Shown piece by piece: positions 1-9,834 of a DNA stretch of 61,220 nucleotides; the stretch's first letter is position 1; the number at the start of each line of letters is the position of its first letter. The position numbers and the translations under genes were made by a program. This DNA comes from Clostridia bacterium (GTDB lineage Bacteria; Bacillota; Clostridia; UMGS1883), in contig JAZNTQ010000074.1 in assembly GCA_045591865.1 (NCBI GenBank), forward strand, positions 1-61,220, given 5' to 3'. Under the pieces are notes generated by a model. That model did no database searches and had not been told where the DNA came from. It saw nothing but the letters and a program-made list of their open reading frames with translations.

Positions 1-333
1 AGCCTTGCACACAAGTTCGTATGTAAGACCGGCAAAGAAACCGCACGCCACACCTTTAAGCAGTACTGTCAGAACTGTTCCCGGAGCATTAACTACCAGA
101 AAAGCACCTGCATCACCGCTTGCCAAAACTACTGCACCGAACACAAGACCAAGCCATGCTCCAACCCCTTTTCCACAGGTTACTGCACCGATAACTATCG
201 GAATCAGTACCAAAGAGATTGAAAACATACCAAATCGAATGAATGCACCCATGAACTGTAGTATCACCACAAATGCAGTCATTAATGCGGCAATCACCAA
301 CATCTTCGTCGACATTTTCCTCTTGTTTTCCAT
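1..333 (-). CDS. ECF-transporter S-component-like membrane protein (N-terminal part; gene runs off left edge)
   Basis: Not in ORF track. Minus-strand ATG at 333-331 preceded by AAGGAGGA (complement of 341-348). My translation is MENKRKMSTKMLVIAALMTAFVVILQFMGAFIRFGMFSISLVLIPIVIGAV..., multi-TM and S-component-like. The + ORF 5..388 is its antisense shadow. Confidence 0.6.
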   Translation of the reverse strand, partial: MENKRKMSTKMLVIAALMTAFVVILQFMGAFIRFGMFSISLVLIPIVIGAVTCGKGVGAWLGLVFGAVVLASGDAGAFLVVNAPGTVLTVLLKGVACGFFAGLTYELVCKA

Positions 334-481
334 ATTAAATTCCTCCTTGTTATTATTCCTCAAACGAGGATACAATACGCCATTATAATAACACAGTTTT
401 TTATGCTTGTACAGTATTTTTTTCATTTTTAGATATTGAAAAATGAAAAGTACAGGTGTATAATAATTTCGGTGATGAAAT

Positions 482-976
482 ATGAAAAATAAAACTCGAA
501 AAATTGTACTTTCTTCTCTTCTTGCTGCACTCGTGTGCGTTGCGACGATGCTTATAAAAATTCCGTCTCCGCTTAAGGGTTATGTTAACCTTGGCGACTG
601 CGTTGTGCTTCTTTCGGGATGGATACTCTCTCCCCTTTACGCATTTTTGACCGCAGGCATAGGCAGTGCGCTTGCCGATATTTTTGCAGGGTATGTAATA
701 TACGCACCTGTTACATTTTTAATCAAGGGTGTTATGGCACTTATATGTTGTTACGGAGTAAAGGCAATTAAGAAGAAACCCCTGGTTTCAAAAGTTGTAA
801 GCGGCGCGATTGCAGAGATTATAATGGTTGGCGGTTACTACATCTTCGAAGGATTTATGTACGGATTTATTGCATCGGCAGTAAATATTCCTGCCAATGC
901 CATTCAGGGTATTGTGGGAATTGTTTTAGGTATTGTCCTTATAAAAGTATTTGAAAAAAGCGATATAGTTAAGTAA
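482..976 (+). CDS. ECF-transporter S-component-like / small polytopic membrane protein
   Basis: 164 aa, about 5 TM segments, with the pattern ...IKIPSPLKGYVNLGDCVVLLSGWILSP... typical of vitamin S components. TTGAAA-17-TATAAT promoter upstream. Confidence 0.55.
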   Translation: MKNKTRKIVLSSLLAALVCVATMLIKIPSPLKGYVNLGDCVVLLSGWILSPLYAFLTAGIGSALADIFAGYVIYAPVTFLIKGVMALICCYGVKAIKKKPLVSKVVSGAIAEIIMVGGYYIFEGFMYGFIASAVNIPANAIQGIVGIVLGIVLIKVFEKSDIVK

Positions 977-977
977 A

Positions 978-1020
978 CAAAAATGCTATGGAAAATTATT
1001 TCCATAGCATTTTTTATTTT
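978..1020. terminator. bidirectional intrinsic terminator
   Basis: 12-bp perfect stem ATGCTATGGAAA/TTTCCATAGCAT (983-994 / 999-1010) flanked by an A-run and a T-run, between convergent genes. Confidence 0.7.
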
Positions 1021-2691
1021 TTAGAATAATCCTGATATTTTTCCGTCTGCGTCAACATCAATTTTTTCTGCCGAAGGAACTTTGGGAAGTCCGGGCATTG
1101 TCATAATTTCGCCTGTAAGTGCTACGATAAAGCCTGCACCTGCGCTAACCTTGATGTTACGAATCGTAACAGTAAAATTCTCGGGTGCGCCGAGCTTTGT
1201 CATATCATCAGAGAAGCTGTACTGCGTTTTCGCCATACATACTGGCATATTTGAAAATCCGAGGTCTGCAAGAGTCTTAAGCTGCTTCTCGGCATTCTTT
1301 TCAAATACGACTCCGCTGCCACCGTAGATTTTCTTTACAATCGCTTCAATCTTTTCTTTGATTGAAAGCTCATCTTCATAGCAGAATGAGAAGTCGTTTT
1401 CTTCTTCGCAAAGACGAACTACTTCTTCTGCAAGCTCAATTCCGCCTTCGCCGCCCTTCGCCCATACATCCGAAAGGACAACATTTACGCCGAGCTTCTT
1501 GCACTCGTCGATAATCACCTGAACTTCGCGCTCTGTATCGGTGGGGAACTTATTGATAGCTACCACGGAGGGAAGCTTATACACATTTTTGATATTTGAA
1601 ACGTGGCGGAGAAGATTGGGAATGCCGCGAAGAAGTGCCTCGGTATTTTCTTCATTAAGCTCTGCTTTTGCCATTCCTCCATGCATCTTGAGTGCACGGA
1701 TTGTAGCAACGATAACGACTGCCGAGGGCTTAAGCCCTGCCATACGACACTTTATGTCGAGGAACTTTTCTGCACCGAGGTCGGCTCCGAAGCCAGCCTC
1801 TGTGATTGCGTAATCGCCAAGCTTCATAGCAAGCTTTGTAGCAGTAACGCTGTTACATCCGTGAGCAATATTTGCAAAAGGTCCGCCGTGTACAAATGCA
1901 GGAGTCCCCTCAAGCGTCTGCACGAGATTGGGCTTTATCGCATCTTTAAGAAGAGCTGTCATAGCGCCATGCGCCTTGAGGTCTGCCGCAGTAACGGGCT
2001 TTTCGTCGTAGGTATAGCCTACAATAATTCTGCCGAGTCTTTCCTTAAGGTCTATGATAGAATCTGCAAGGCAGAGGATTGCCATAATTTCAGATGCAAC
2101 TGTGATGTCGTAGCCGTCCTCACGGGGAACGCCATTGACTCTGCCGCCGAGACCGTCCGTTACAAAACGGAGCTGACGGTCGTTCATATCAACACAGCGC
2201 TTCCATACAATTCTTCTGGGGTCAATATTAAGGAAATTTCCCTGATAGATATGGTTGTCGAGCATAGCTGCAAGGAGATTGTTTGCCGCACCGATTGCGT
2301 GGAAGTCACCTGTAAAATGAAGGTTAATATCCTCCATGGGAACAACCTGCGCATAGCCGCCGCCTGCCGCGCCGCCCTTGACACCGAAAACGGGTCCGAG
2401 AGAAGGCTCTCGAAGTGCAACCAATACATTCTTGCCTATTTTACGCATACCGTCTGCAAGGCCGATTGTGGTCGTCGTCTTACCCTCCCCTGCAGGGGTG
2501 GGATTAATCGCAGTAACGAGAACGAGCTTTCCGTCCTTATATTCTTTATCTTCAAGAATTGAAAGGTCAATTTTTGCCTTATATTTTCCGTAGTATTCGA
2601 GATACTTTTCATCAACGCCCGCAGTTTTCGCAATCTCGGAGATTGGCTTCATTTCCACAGACTGCGCGATTTCAATGTCTGATTTATACAT
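1021..2691 (-). CDS. fhs: formate--tetrahydrofolate ligase
   Basis: [10 protein letters not shown]... and [16 protein letters not shown]-loop, about 556 aa. ATG at 2691 with GGAAAGGA RBS preferred over the track's TTG at 2700. Confidence 0.95.
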   Translation of the reverse strand: MYKSDIEIAQSVEMKPISEIAKTAGVDEKYLEYYGKYKAKIDLSILEDKEYKDGKLVLVTAINPTPAGEGKTTTTIGLADGMRKIGKNVLVALREPSLGPVFGVKGGAAGGGYAQVVPMEDINLHFTGDFHAIGAANNLLAAMLDNHIYQGNFLNIDPRRIVWKRCVDMNDRQLRFVTDGLGGRVNGVPREDGYDITVASEIMAILCLADSIIDLKERLGRIIVGYTYDEKPVTAADLKAHGAMTALLKDAIKPNLVQTLEGTPAFVHGGPFANIAHGCNSVTATKLAMKLGDYAITEAGFGADLGAEKFLDIKCRMAGLKPSAVVIVATIRALKMHGGMAKAELNEENTEALLRGIPNLLRHVSNIKNVYKLPSVVAINKFPTDTEREVQVIIDECKKLGVNVVLSDVWAKGGEGGIELAEEVVRLCEEENDFSFCYEDELSIKEKIEAIVKKIYGGSGVVFEKNAEKQLKTLADLGFSNMPVCMAKTQYSFSDDMTKLGAPENFTVTIRNIKVSAGAGFIVALTGEIMTMPGLPKVPSAEKIDVDADGKISGLF

Positions 2692-2696
2692 TAAAA

Positions 2697-4199
2697 TCAA
2701 TCCTTTCCAACGCTTGACTTAAGAGTAACGTCGTGGTATCCCCCCTCAACAATACTTGTTGCAGAAACGAGTGTTATCTTCGCATTCTTCTGAAGCTCGG
2801 GGATTGTGAGAACACCACAGTTACACATTGTGGAAGCAACCTTATAAAGGCTCTTTGCAACATTGTCCTGAAGTGAACCTGCATATACAACGTAAGAATC
2901 AACACCTTCCTCGAAGGAAAGCTTCGCCTTACCGCCAAGGTCATAACGCTGCCAGTTACGCGCACGGTTACTACCCTCACCCCAGTATTCCTTAACGTAA
3001 GTTCCGTTAATATTAAGCTTGGGAGTGGGGCTTTCATCAAAGCGTGCAAAGTATCTGCCGAGCATAAGGAAGTCTGCACCCATTGCAAGAGCGAGTGTCA
3101 TATGATAGTCGTGTACGATACCGCCATCCGAGCAAATCGGGATATAGATACCTGTCTTTTCAAAATATTCATCACGAGCTGCGGCAACTTCGATAACTGC
3201 TGTTGCCTGTCCGCGACCAATACCCTTTGTTTCACGGGTGATACAAATTGAGCCGCCGCCGATACCAACCTTGATAAAGTCAGCACCTGCTTCTGCAAGA
3301 AACATAAAGCCTTCACGGTCAACTACGTTACCTGCACCGACCTTTACATCGTCACCGTATTTTTCGCGGATGAATGCAATTGTCTTTGCCTGCCAAGCTG
3401 TGTAGCCCTCGGATGAGTCGATACAAAGAACATCGGCACCTGCTTCAACAAGTGCAGGAACGCGCTTTTCGTAGTCAAGAGTGTTGATACCTGCGCCTAC
3501 GAGATAACGCTTATGCTCATCAAGTACTTCATTGGGATTGCTCTTATGAGTAGAGTAGTCCTTTCTGAACACGAAATACTTAAGCTCATTTTTGGAATTG
3601 ATGATGGGAAGAGAATTAAGCTTGTGCTCCCAGATAATATCGTTTGCTTCCTTAAGAGTAGTGTTTTCGGGAGCGCAGATGAGCTTTTCAAAGGGAGTCA
3701 TAAAATCTTTTACTTTTACATCAGTTGACATCCTGCTTACGCGGTAGTCACGGCTTGTAACAACACCGAGAAGAACGCCTGTAGCACTTCCGTCCTCGGT
3801 AACTGCCATTGTGTTGTGTCCTGTCTTTTCAAAAAGAGCAAGAACGTCGGCAAGAGTATCATCGGGCTTAAGATTGCTGTCTGATACAACAAAGCCTGCC
3901 TTATAACCCTTTACACGCGCAACCATAGCTGCTTCATCCTCAATGGTCTGTGAACCGTAAATGAAGGAGATACCGCCTTCCTTTGCGAGCGCGATAGCCA
4001 TAGTATCATTGGATACTGACTGCATGATAGCCGATACCATAGGAATGTTAAGACTGTATTTTGGTGTTTCACCCTTCTTGAACTTTACAAGAGGTGTCTT
4101 AAGACTTACATTCGCGGGAATACAGTCGGGGCCTGTGTAGCCTGGAACGAGCAGATATTCGCTGAATGTACGTGAAGGTTCGTTAAAATAATATGCCAT
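2697..4199 (-). CDS. guaB: IMP dehydrogenase (about 500-aa clostridial type with CBS pair)
   Basis: [22 protein letters not shown]-terminus and catalytic-loop-like [18 protein letters not shown]-17-TATAAT promoter about 45 nt upstream. Confidence 0.85.
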   Translation of the reverse strand: MAYYFNEPSRTFSEYLLVPGYTGPDCIPANVSLKTPLVKFKKGETPKYSLNIPMVSAIMQSVSNDTMAIALAKEGGISFIYGSQTIEDEAAMVARVKGYKAGFVVSDSNLKPDDTLADVLALFEKTGHNTMAVTEDGSATGVLLGVVTSRDYRVSRMSTDVKVKDFMTPFEKLICAPENTTLKEANDIIWEHKLNSLPIINSKNELKYFVFRKDYSTHKSNPNEVLDEHKRYLVGAGINTLDYEKRVPALVEAGADVLCIDSSEGYTAWQAKTIAFIREKYGDDVKVGAGNVVDREGFMFLAEAGADFIKVGIGGGSICITRETKGIGRGQATAVIEVAAARDEYFEKTGIYIPICSDGGIVHDYHMTLALAMGADFLMLGRYFARFDESPTPKLNINGTYVKEYWGEGSNRARNWQRYDLGGKAKLSFEEGVDSYVVYAGSLQDNVAKSLYKVASTMCNCGVLTIPELQKNAKITLVSATSIVEGGYHDVTLKSSVGKD

Positions 4200-4302
4200 G
4201 GTTATATCTCCCCCATAATAAATTTATAGTATTTTTGTTATTATACAACAAGTTCGGGCACTTTTCAAGATATAATATCATTTTTTGAAGAAAAAAATAA
4301 AT

Positions 4303-4332
4303 AAAAAACACTTGCATCTGCAAGTGTTTTTT
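4303..4332 (-). terminator. intrinsic terminator after the 77-aa gene
   Basis: ACACTTG...CAAGTGT hairpin with flanking A6/T6 runs. Confidence 0.6.
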
Positions 4333-4333
4333 A

Positions 4334-4567
4334 TTAAAAATCGTGGCGGCTCCCAAAATCAACATCATATTTTTCAAATATGCAAACTATTTTTTCTATA
4401 GCATCAAAATCGGAATATTTTTCATTCCTTATTATGCTTTGAATTTCTCCCAGCATATTTATTGCCACAGTATTTGTAATTTCGTTTTCATCAATTTCAA
4501 ATTCATCTAAATTATTTACTATAAAATCCGCAATACCACTTCTTAACAGTTCTTTTTTAATATTCAT
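4334..4567 (-). CDS. small acidic hypothetical protein (77 aa)
   Basis: ORF with GGAGGAAAG RBS and its own terminator. AT-rich. No family recognised. Confidence 0.5.
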   Translation of the reverse strand: MNIKKELLRSGIADFIVNNLDEFEIDENEITNTVAINMLGEIQSIIRNEKYSDFDAIEKIVCIFEKYDVDFGSRHDF

Positions 4568-4687
4568 AACTTTCCTCCATTATTTTACGATACCTGTTGA
4601 TATCATTTTATTATATATTGTAACACCCTATTTATATTATAGGTCAATTTAACCATAATTTCAATAGGGAAAATTGCCATAATATAA

Positions 4688-4942
4688 TTGGTGATGGTTA
4701 TGAATAAATTAAAGGAACTCCGACTTGAAAAAGGCTATACACAAATAAAAATGCAAATGCTGACAGGCATAGATCAAAGCGATTATTCAAAGCTTGAAAA
4801 TGGAAAAAGGTATTATACTTTTGAACAATGCAGAAAACTGGCAATTGCACTTGGAACAAGTATGGACTATCTGGCTGATTTAACTGATGAAAAGAATCCC
4901 TATCCACCAAGTGCATCAAAGAAGCAGACTAAAACACTTTGA
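4688..4942 (+). CDS. XRE-family helix-turn-helix transcriptional regulator
   Basis: NKLKELRLEKGYTQIKMQMLTGIDQSDYSKLENGKR is a classic HTH_3. Start uncertain (TTG 4688, ATG 4694 or 4700). Confidence 0.8.
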   Translation: MVMVMNKLKELRLEKGYTQIKMQMLTGIDQSDYSKLENGKRYYTFEQCRKLAIALGTSMDYLADLTDEKNPYPPSASKKQTKTL

Positions 4943-4972
4943 GCAAATGTGTGAAATCAAGAGGGGATTTTA

Positions 4973-5176
4973 ATGTATTTCAAAAGATTATATGACTTGA
5001 GAAACGACCACGATTTTACTCAACAACAAGTCGCTGACTATCTGATGTGTAATCGTCAGGTTTATGCAAGATACGAGCGAGGGTTGCGGGAAATTCCCGT
5101 TTCTATGCTGATAAAACTTGCAGATTTATATAAAACGTCGATTGACTATATTGTAGACAGAACAGATAATATTTAA
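4973..5176 (+). CDS. XRE-family helix-turn-helix transcriptional regulator
   Basis: FKRLYDLRNDHDFTQQQVADYLMCNRQVYARYERGLREIPVSMLIKLADLY is HTH_3, 67 aa. Confidence 0.8.
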   Translation: MYFKRLYDLRNDHDFTQQQVADYLMCNRQVYARYERGLREIPVSMLIKLADLYKTSIDYIVDRTDNI

Positions 5177-5183
5177 CAAAAGC

Positions 5184-5215
5184 AAAAGCGTACTGAAAAT
5201 TCAGTACGCTTTTTT
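5184..5215 (+). terminator. intrinsic terminator of the XRE pair
   Basis: AGCGTACTGAA/TTCAGTACGCT stem followed by T6. Abuts the 3' end of the tRNA. Confidence 0.7.
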
Positions 5216-5289
5216 GGCACCGCCTGCGGGAATCGAACCCACAACTAGCCCTTAGGAGGGGCTTATTAAATCCATTTAACTAAGGCGGC
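5215..5289 (-). tRNA. tRNA-Arg (anticodon CCT)
   Basis: Hand-folded cloverleaf. Acceptor GCCGCCT/AGGCGGT; D arm GTTA/TAAT with a GG loop. Anticodon stem AGCCC/GGGCT with loop CTCCTAA. T arm GTGGG-TTCGATT-CCCGC. Encoded GCCA 3' end. 75 nt. Confidence 0.9.
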
Positions 5290-5359
5290 ATCTTTTTTTG
5301 TTTCCACGGCAAATTAATTTACCGCCTCATAATTGAGGCGGTAAATTGTTCTTTTGTGA

Positions 5360-5542
5360 TTAGTTTTCAGCTTTCTTAACAACCTGAACGCCCTTGTAAT
5401 AACCACAGTGCTTACAAACGATATGTGCCTTAATAAGCTCACCGCAGTTAGCGCACTTGATCATGCCGGGTACTTCAAGTTTCCAATTAGCTCTTCTTTT
5501 ATCTCTTCTTGCCTTAGAAGTTCTTCTCTTTGGAACTGCCAT
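5360..5542 (-). CDS. rpmF: 50S ribosomal protein L32
   Basis: [22 protein letters not shown] plus CxxC...CxxC zinc ribbon. Confidence 0.95.
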   Translation of the reverse strand: MAVPKRRTSKARRDKRRANWKLEVPGMIKCANCGELIKAHIVCKHCGYYKGVQVVKKAEN

Positions 5543-5546
5543 TTTC

Positions 5547-6047
5547 TTACACCTCTTTACTTAAATTTCTAAAGATGGCGAATCTCGGGTCATAGACCTC
5601 TACTTCGCAATTGCATTCATTTTCATTAAGGTCTATGCCACAAACGGGGCAAAGTCCCTTACAGTCTTCCCTGCAAAGAAACTGCATAGGAATACTGCCG
5701 AATATTGACGCCTCAATACTACCTGAAATGTCAATCACATTTCCGCTTATTGACACACATTCTTCATCGATATCGGTAAATTCGCTGTCGATACTTTCAA
5801 AAAGCTCTGCGGCAAGGCTTTCTGTAACCTTTTTTCCGCAACGCGAACACTCTGTCTCATACTCTCCCGTTACCATCGCTGATATTTCGAGAGTATCTCC
5901 AATATTGATCACCTTTCCTTCTACGAGGAGAGGGGCTTTGAATGCGAGCGTGCTGCCCATATAATCAAACGTTCCAAGCTCCACATTTCCTGAAAACGCT
6001 TTTGAAGCACCGTCATTTCTGAGTACAGATGCAATATTTATCTTCAT
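5547..6047 (-). CDS. YceD/DUF177 family protein (large-subunit rRNA accumulation protein)
   Basis: C-terminal [23 protein letters not shown]. Conserved position upstream of rpmF. ATG 6047 with AGGTG RBS. Confidence 0.85.
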   Translation of the reverse strand: MKINIASVLRNDGASKAFSGNVELGTFDYMGSTLAFKAPLLVEGKVINIGDTLEISAMVTGEYETECSRCGKKVTESLAAELFESIDSEFTDIDEECVSISGNVIDISGSIEASIFGSIPMQFLCREDCKGLCPVCGIDLNENECNCEVEVYDPRFAIFRNLSKEV

Positions 6048-6111
6048 ATAAAAACACCTATCTTTCACAGTGCCTATCCATTATACTATCGATTTTTTGT
6101 CTTGTCAACAA

Positions 6112-7305
6112 TTATTTTGCCAATCTTTCTGTTTCGATAGCAATCATCATTTCCTCATCTGTGGGGATAACGAGAGTTCTTACGGTTGCTCCGTCAGCAG
6201 AAACGTCGATTGCCTGACCGCGAAGCTTATTCTTCTCATTATCAATCTTAACGCCGAGGAACTGGAGTCCTTCCACGATATTCTTACGTGTATCACAGTC
6301 GTTTTCACCAACGCCTGCAGTAAATACGATTGCATCAACGCCGCCCATAGCTGCTGCGTAGCTGCCGATATATTTCTTGATACCATAGCTGAACATCTTA
6401 AGGGCTGCTTCTGCACGCTTGTTGCCCTCGCCTGCCGCTGCGGAAAGGTCACGGAAGTCGCTTGAAACGCCGCTTACGCCCAGCACACCGCTTTCTTTAT
6501 TGAGGAGGTTGTTGATTTCCTTGATGCCAAGGTTTTCCTTTTCCATAAGGAAAGTAACGATAGCAGGGTCGATATCACCGCTTCTTGTACCCATAAGGAT
6601 ACCTGCAAGAGGAGTGAGACCCATTGTTGTATCAATAACCTTACCGCCCTTAACTGCCGCAACGGAAGAACCATTACCAAGATGACAGGTTACGATCTTA
6701 AGGTCCTTAATGTCCTTGCCGAGAAGCTCTGCTGCCTTGCCAGATACATAATTATGGCTTGTGCCATGGAAACCATAGCGGCGGATTTTGTATTTTTCAT
6801 AATATTCATAAGGAATTCCGTAGAGGAATGCTTCCTCGGGCATTGTCTGATGGAAAGCTGTATCAAATACACCTACCTGCTTAACACCGGGCATAACCTT
6901 TTCACAAGCTTCGATGCCGATAATATTTGCAGGGTTATGAAGAGGAGCAAGTTCTACACATTCCTCAAGTGCCTTTTTTACTTCATCGTCGATAACAACG
7001 CTGCCGCTGAAGCTTTCGCCGCCGTGTACTACACGGTGACCAACTGCACCGATTTCGCTCATGGATTCGATAACACCGTGATTTTTGTCAACAAGTGCGT
7101 CGATAACAAGCTTGATTGCTTCTGCATGAGTGGGCATGGGGCTTTCGATAACTACCTTTTCGCCGCCTGCAGGAGTGTGATTAAGCTTGCTTCCTTCGAG
7201 GGTGATTCTCTCGCAAAGTCCCTTTGCAAGGACCTTTTTCGCTTCCATATCGATAAGCTGATACTTAAGAGATGAGCTTCCTGCGTTGATAACAAGAATT
7301 TTCAT
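6112..7305 (-). CDS. ackA: acetate kinase
   Basis: [17 protein letters not shown] start (ATG 7305, AAGGAAG RBS). The track start at 7335 is an extension. Confidence 0.95.
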   Translation of the reverse strand: MKILVINAGSSSLKYQLIDMEAKKVLAKGLCERITLEGSKLNHTPAGGEKVVIESPMPTHAEAIKLVIDALVDKNHGVIESMSEIGAVGHRVVHGGESFSGSVVIDDEVKKALEECVELAPLHNPANIIGIEACEKVMPGVKQVGVFDTAFHQTMPEEAFLYGIPYEYYEKYKIRRYGFHGTSHNYVSGKAAELLGKDIKDLKIVTCHLGNGSSVAAVKGGKVIDTTMGLTPLAGILMGTRSGDIDPAIVTFLMEKENLGIKEINNLLNKESGVLGVSGVSSDFRDLSAAAGEGNKRAEAALKMFSYGIKKYIGSYAAAMGGVDAIVFTAGVGENDCDTRKNIVEGLQFLGVKIDNEKNKLRGQAIDVSADGATVRTLVIPTDEEMMIAIETERLAK

Positions 7306-7327
7306 TTTCAAAAACTTCCTTTCATTC

Positions 7328-7603
7328 AAGCACACGGAAATCGAGCTCCGTATGCCTTAAATTTGTAAAATTTGCACACTTTTCATTTGTCGTCCTTGCA
7401 AGGCGACAGTCTTCCTTCTTCCTCCGCATAAAAATTGCACTAAATTTTATGCATTTAAGGTCGAAGAGTTTTAAGATAGGCAATTTTCGGTTAAGACAAG
7501 CAAAATCCCGCAGGGAATACTACTTGTATTTTCAAGGGATTTTACGCCGTATTAGCCCAAATTGTCATCTTAAAACCATGCTGAGTTCGGTTCCCGTGTG
7601 CTT
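7328..7603. repeat. structured 276-bp spacer element bounded by 27-bp imperfect inverted repeats (MITE-like or ncRNA)
   Basis: 7328-7354 AAGCACACGGAAATCGAGCTCCGTATG pairs with 7577-7603 CATGCTGAGTTCGGTTCCCGTGTGCTT, 22/27 Watson-Crick. Several internal hairpins (GTCGTC/GGCGAC, GCATAAAA/TTTTATGC, AAAATCCC/GGGATTTT). Confidence 0.5.
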
Positions 7604-7607
7604 CAAC

Positions 7608-8609
7608 TTATTTACTAGCCTGAGCCTGTACGCAAGTGATTGCAACAACGCCTACGATATCTTCGGCGCTGCATCCGCGTGAAAGGTCATTGATAGGCAT
7701 TGCGATACCCTGTGTAACGGGGCCATAAGCTTCTGCCTTTGCAAGACGCTGAACGAGCTTGTAGCCGATGTTACCTGCATCAAGGTCAGGATATACGAGT
7801 ACATTAGCCTTGCCTGCAACAGTTGAGCCTGGAGCCTTTGACTGACCTACTGAAGGAACGATTGCCGCATCAAGCTGAAGCTCACCGTCGACATTAAGAG
7901 TGGGGTTGTTTTCCTTACAAATGCGGGTAGCTTCTACTACCTTATCAACATCCGCATGAGCAGCGCTGCCCTTTGTAGAGTGAGAAAGCATAGCAACATA
8001 TGCCTCTTCTCCTACGAGAAGCTCAAAGCTTTCTGCAGAAGATGCTGCGATTGCTGCAAGCTCTTCGCTGTCGGGATTCTGCACAAGACCACTGTCGGCA
8101 AAGATGAATGTGCCATTAGCACCGTACTCACAGTTGGGAACAACCATAAGGAAGAAAGCTGATACAAGCTTTACACCGGGCTTTGTCTTGATAATCTGGA
8201 GAGAGGGACGAAGAGTGTTTGCAGTTGAGTGGCACGCACCTGATACAACACCATCTGCGTCGCCTGCCTTAACCATAAGACACGCATAGTACATATAGTC
8301 GCCGAGCACGATTTCCTTTGCCTGCTCGTATGTAACACCCTTGCTCTTTCGAAGTTCTACAAAAAGATTAAGGTATTCTTCAGTTTTTTCATAATTGAAG
8401 GGGTCGATGATTGTAGCCTTTGAAATATCAAGTCCCTTTGAGTTTTCACTTACTTCTTCGGGAGTACCAATGATGATAAGATTTGCAATATCTTCCTTGA
8501 GAATTGTTTCTGCCGCTTCAAAGGTACGTCTGTCCATAGATTCGGGAAGAACGATAGTTTTCTTATCGCTTCTTGCCCTGTTTTTGATAGAATCTAAAAA
8601 TTTACTCAT
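7608..8609 (-). CDS. pta: phosphate acetyltransferase
   Basis: 333 aa, MSKFLDSIKNRARSDKKTIVLPE..., PTA_PTB family, upstream of ackA. Confidence 0.95.
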   Translation of the reverse strand: MSKFLDSIKNRARSDKKTIVLPESMDRRTFEAAETILKEDIANLIIIGTPEEVSENSKGLDISKATIIDPFNYEKTEEYLNLFVELRKSKGVTYEQAKEIVLGDYMYYACLMVKAGDADGVVSGACHSTANTLRPSLQIIKTKPGVKLVSAFFLMVVPNCEYGANGTFIFADSGLVQNPDSEELAAIAASSAESFELLVGEEAYVAMLSHSTKGSAAHADVDKVVEATRICKENNPTLNVDGELQLDAAIVPSVGQSKAPGSTVAGKANVLVYPDLDAGNIGYKLVQRLAKAEAYGPVTQGIAMPINDLSRGCSAEDIVGVVAITCVQAQASK

Positions 8610-8703
8610 TTTTATTCCTCCAAAATCTTTATTTTTCCATTGTTATAGTATATAATAGAAATAACCAATTTTCAACATTTTTTTGCCAAAAGAGGGGATT
8701 TTT

Positions 8704-9834
8704 ATGAAAATAGGTGCTTTGGTGGCAGAATTTAACCCCATTCACAGAGGTCACAAACTGCTTATTGATAAAATTAGAGAGGAAAATGACGGCGTAATTG
8801 CAATTATGAGCGGCAACTTTGTGCAGAGGGGCGAATGCGCAATCTTTGAAAAAGGCGAGCGCGCCGAGGCGGCAGTAAAAAATGGCGTCGACCTCGTGCT
8901 TGAGCTTCCTGCAGTTTACTCTCTTTCTTCTGCCGAGGGCTTTGCACGAGGGGCAATAAGAACTCTTTCAGCGTGCAATATTATAGACGCGCTTTATTTC
9001 GGAAGCGAGTGCGGAGACATTAAGAAGCTTTCCCTTTGCGCTGAAATCTTAAACGGAGAAAGCGAGGCTTTCGGGAAAATCCTTGCAGAAAAGCTTTCAG
9101 AGGGGATGAACTTCCCTGCCGCAAGAGAAGAGGCTCTTTTATCGGTTTGTCCCGAGTGCAACGTACTTGATATGCCCAACAATATTCTGGGGGTTGAGTA
9201 TCTGCGCGAGCTTAAAAGTCTTAAAAGCAGTATTTCTGCTCACACGATAAAGAGAATCGGCGCAGGGTACAACGATACGAATACCGATGAAAAAATCCCG
9301 TCTGCATCGGCGATAAGAAAGCTTATTGAAAATAGGGAAAGCTCAAATGAATATATGCTTTTCGATTACAAGAGCGCACCTCATTTTATGAAGTATTTTG
9401 ATATTATAGTCGCATCGCGTCTTAAAGCTATTTTCAAAGAGGAGCTTTGCGCTCTTCCCGACTGTAATGAGGAGATTGCTTCTCGTCTCAAAAGCGCATC
9501 AGTTTTCAACACATTTGCGGATATTCTTGAAAACGCCTCGTGCAGAAGATACACGCAAAGCAGAATAAGAAGAGTGCTTTGCAATATGATAGTGGGTAAT
9601 AATTTCAAATCTCTTCCCTCCCCCACATATATTCGTCCTCTTGCTTTCAACGACAGAGGAAGCCAAATTCTGCGCAAAATGAAAAGCACCGCCTCACTGC
9701 CTGTGGCTGCAAGGGGTGCTGTGCTTAAAAGCGACGATATATTTAATCTTGAATGCCGCTGCACCGATATATATAACCTCGCAAGCGGCATCCTCGGCGG
9801 CAGGGAATACGATTATGTGGTCAGGACTTTTTAG
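8704..9834 (+). CDS. tmcAL: tRNA(Met) cytidine acetate ligase (YlbM/UPF0348 nucleotidyltransferase)
   Basis: MKIGALVAEFNPIHRGHKLLIDKI HIGH-type motif, about 376 aa. ATG 8704 with AGAGGGGA RBS. Confidence 0.8.
   Translation: MKIGALVAEFNPIHRGHKLLIDKIREENDGVIAIMSGNFVQRGECAIFEKGERAEAAVKNGVDLVLELPAVYSLSSAEGFARGAIRTLSACNIIDALYFGSECGDIKKLSLCAEILNGESEAFGKILAEKLSEGMNFPAAREEALLSVCPECNVLDMPNNILGVEYLRELKSLKSSISAHTIKRIGAGYNDTNTDEKIPSASAIRKLIENRESSNEYMLFDYKSAPHFMKYFDIIVASRLKAIFKEELCALPDCNEEIASRLKSASVFNTFADILENASCRRYTQSRIRRVLCNMIVGNNFKSLPSPTYIRPLAFNDRGSQILRKMKSTASLPVAARGAVLKSDDIFNLECRCTDIYNLASGILGGREYDYVVRTF

Noticed and set aside
5-388. 127-aa plus-strand ORF at the left edge
   Set aside because: The translation is low-complexity and Pro/Thr/Ala-rich. 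The opposite strand carries a convincing RBS plus ATG (333) and a multi-TM S-component-like protein. The plus ORF is an antisense shadow.
1603-2562. 319-aa ORF antisense to fhs. Similar long antisense ORFs are 17930-18658 in pck, 40011-40787 in argS, 41516-42154 in murI, 43182-43811 in gpmI, 13771-14331 in cls and 49285-49812 in the endolysin.
   Set aside because: All lie wholly inside strongly supported genes on the other strand. They have Cys/Leu/Ser-rich nonsense-like composition and no RBS. They are typical shadow ORFs.
4200-4300. Purine riboswitch upstream of guaB; T-box leaders upstream of argS (40815-40850) and serC (33981-34095)
   Set aside because: The leaders are only about 45, about 36 and about 35 nt from the promoter or preceding gene to the start codon. 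That is too short for these elements, and no conserved riboswitch or T-box sequence is visible.
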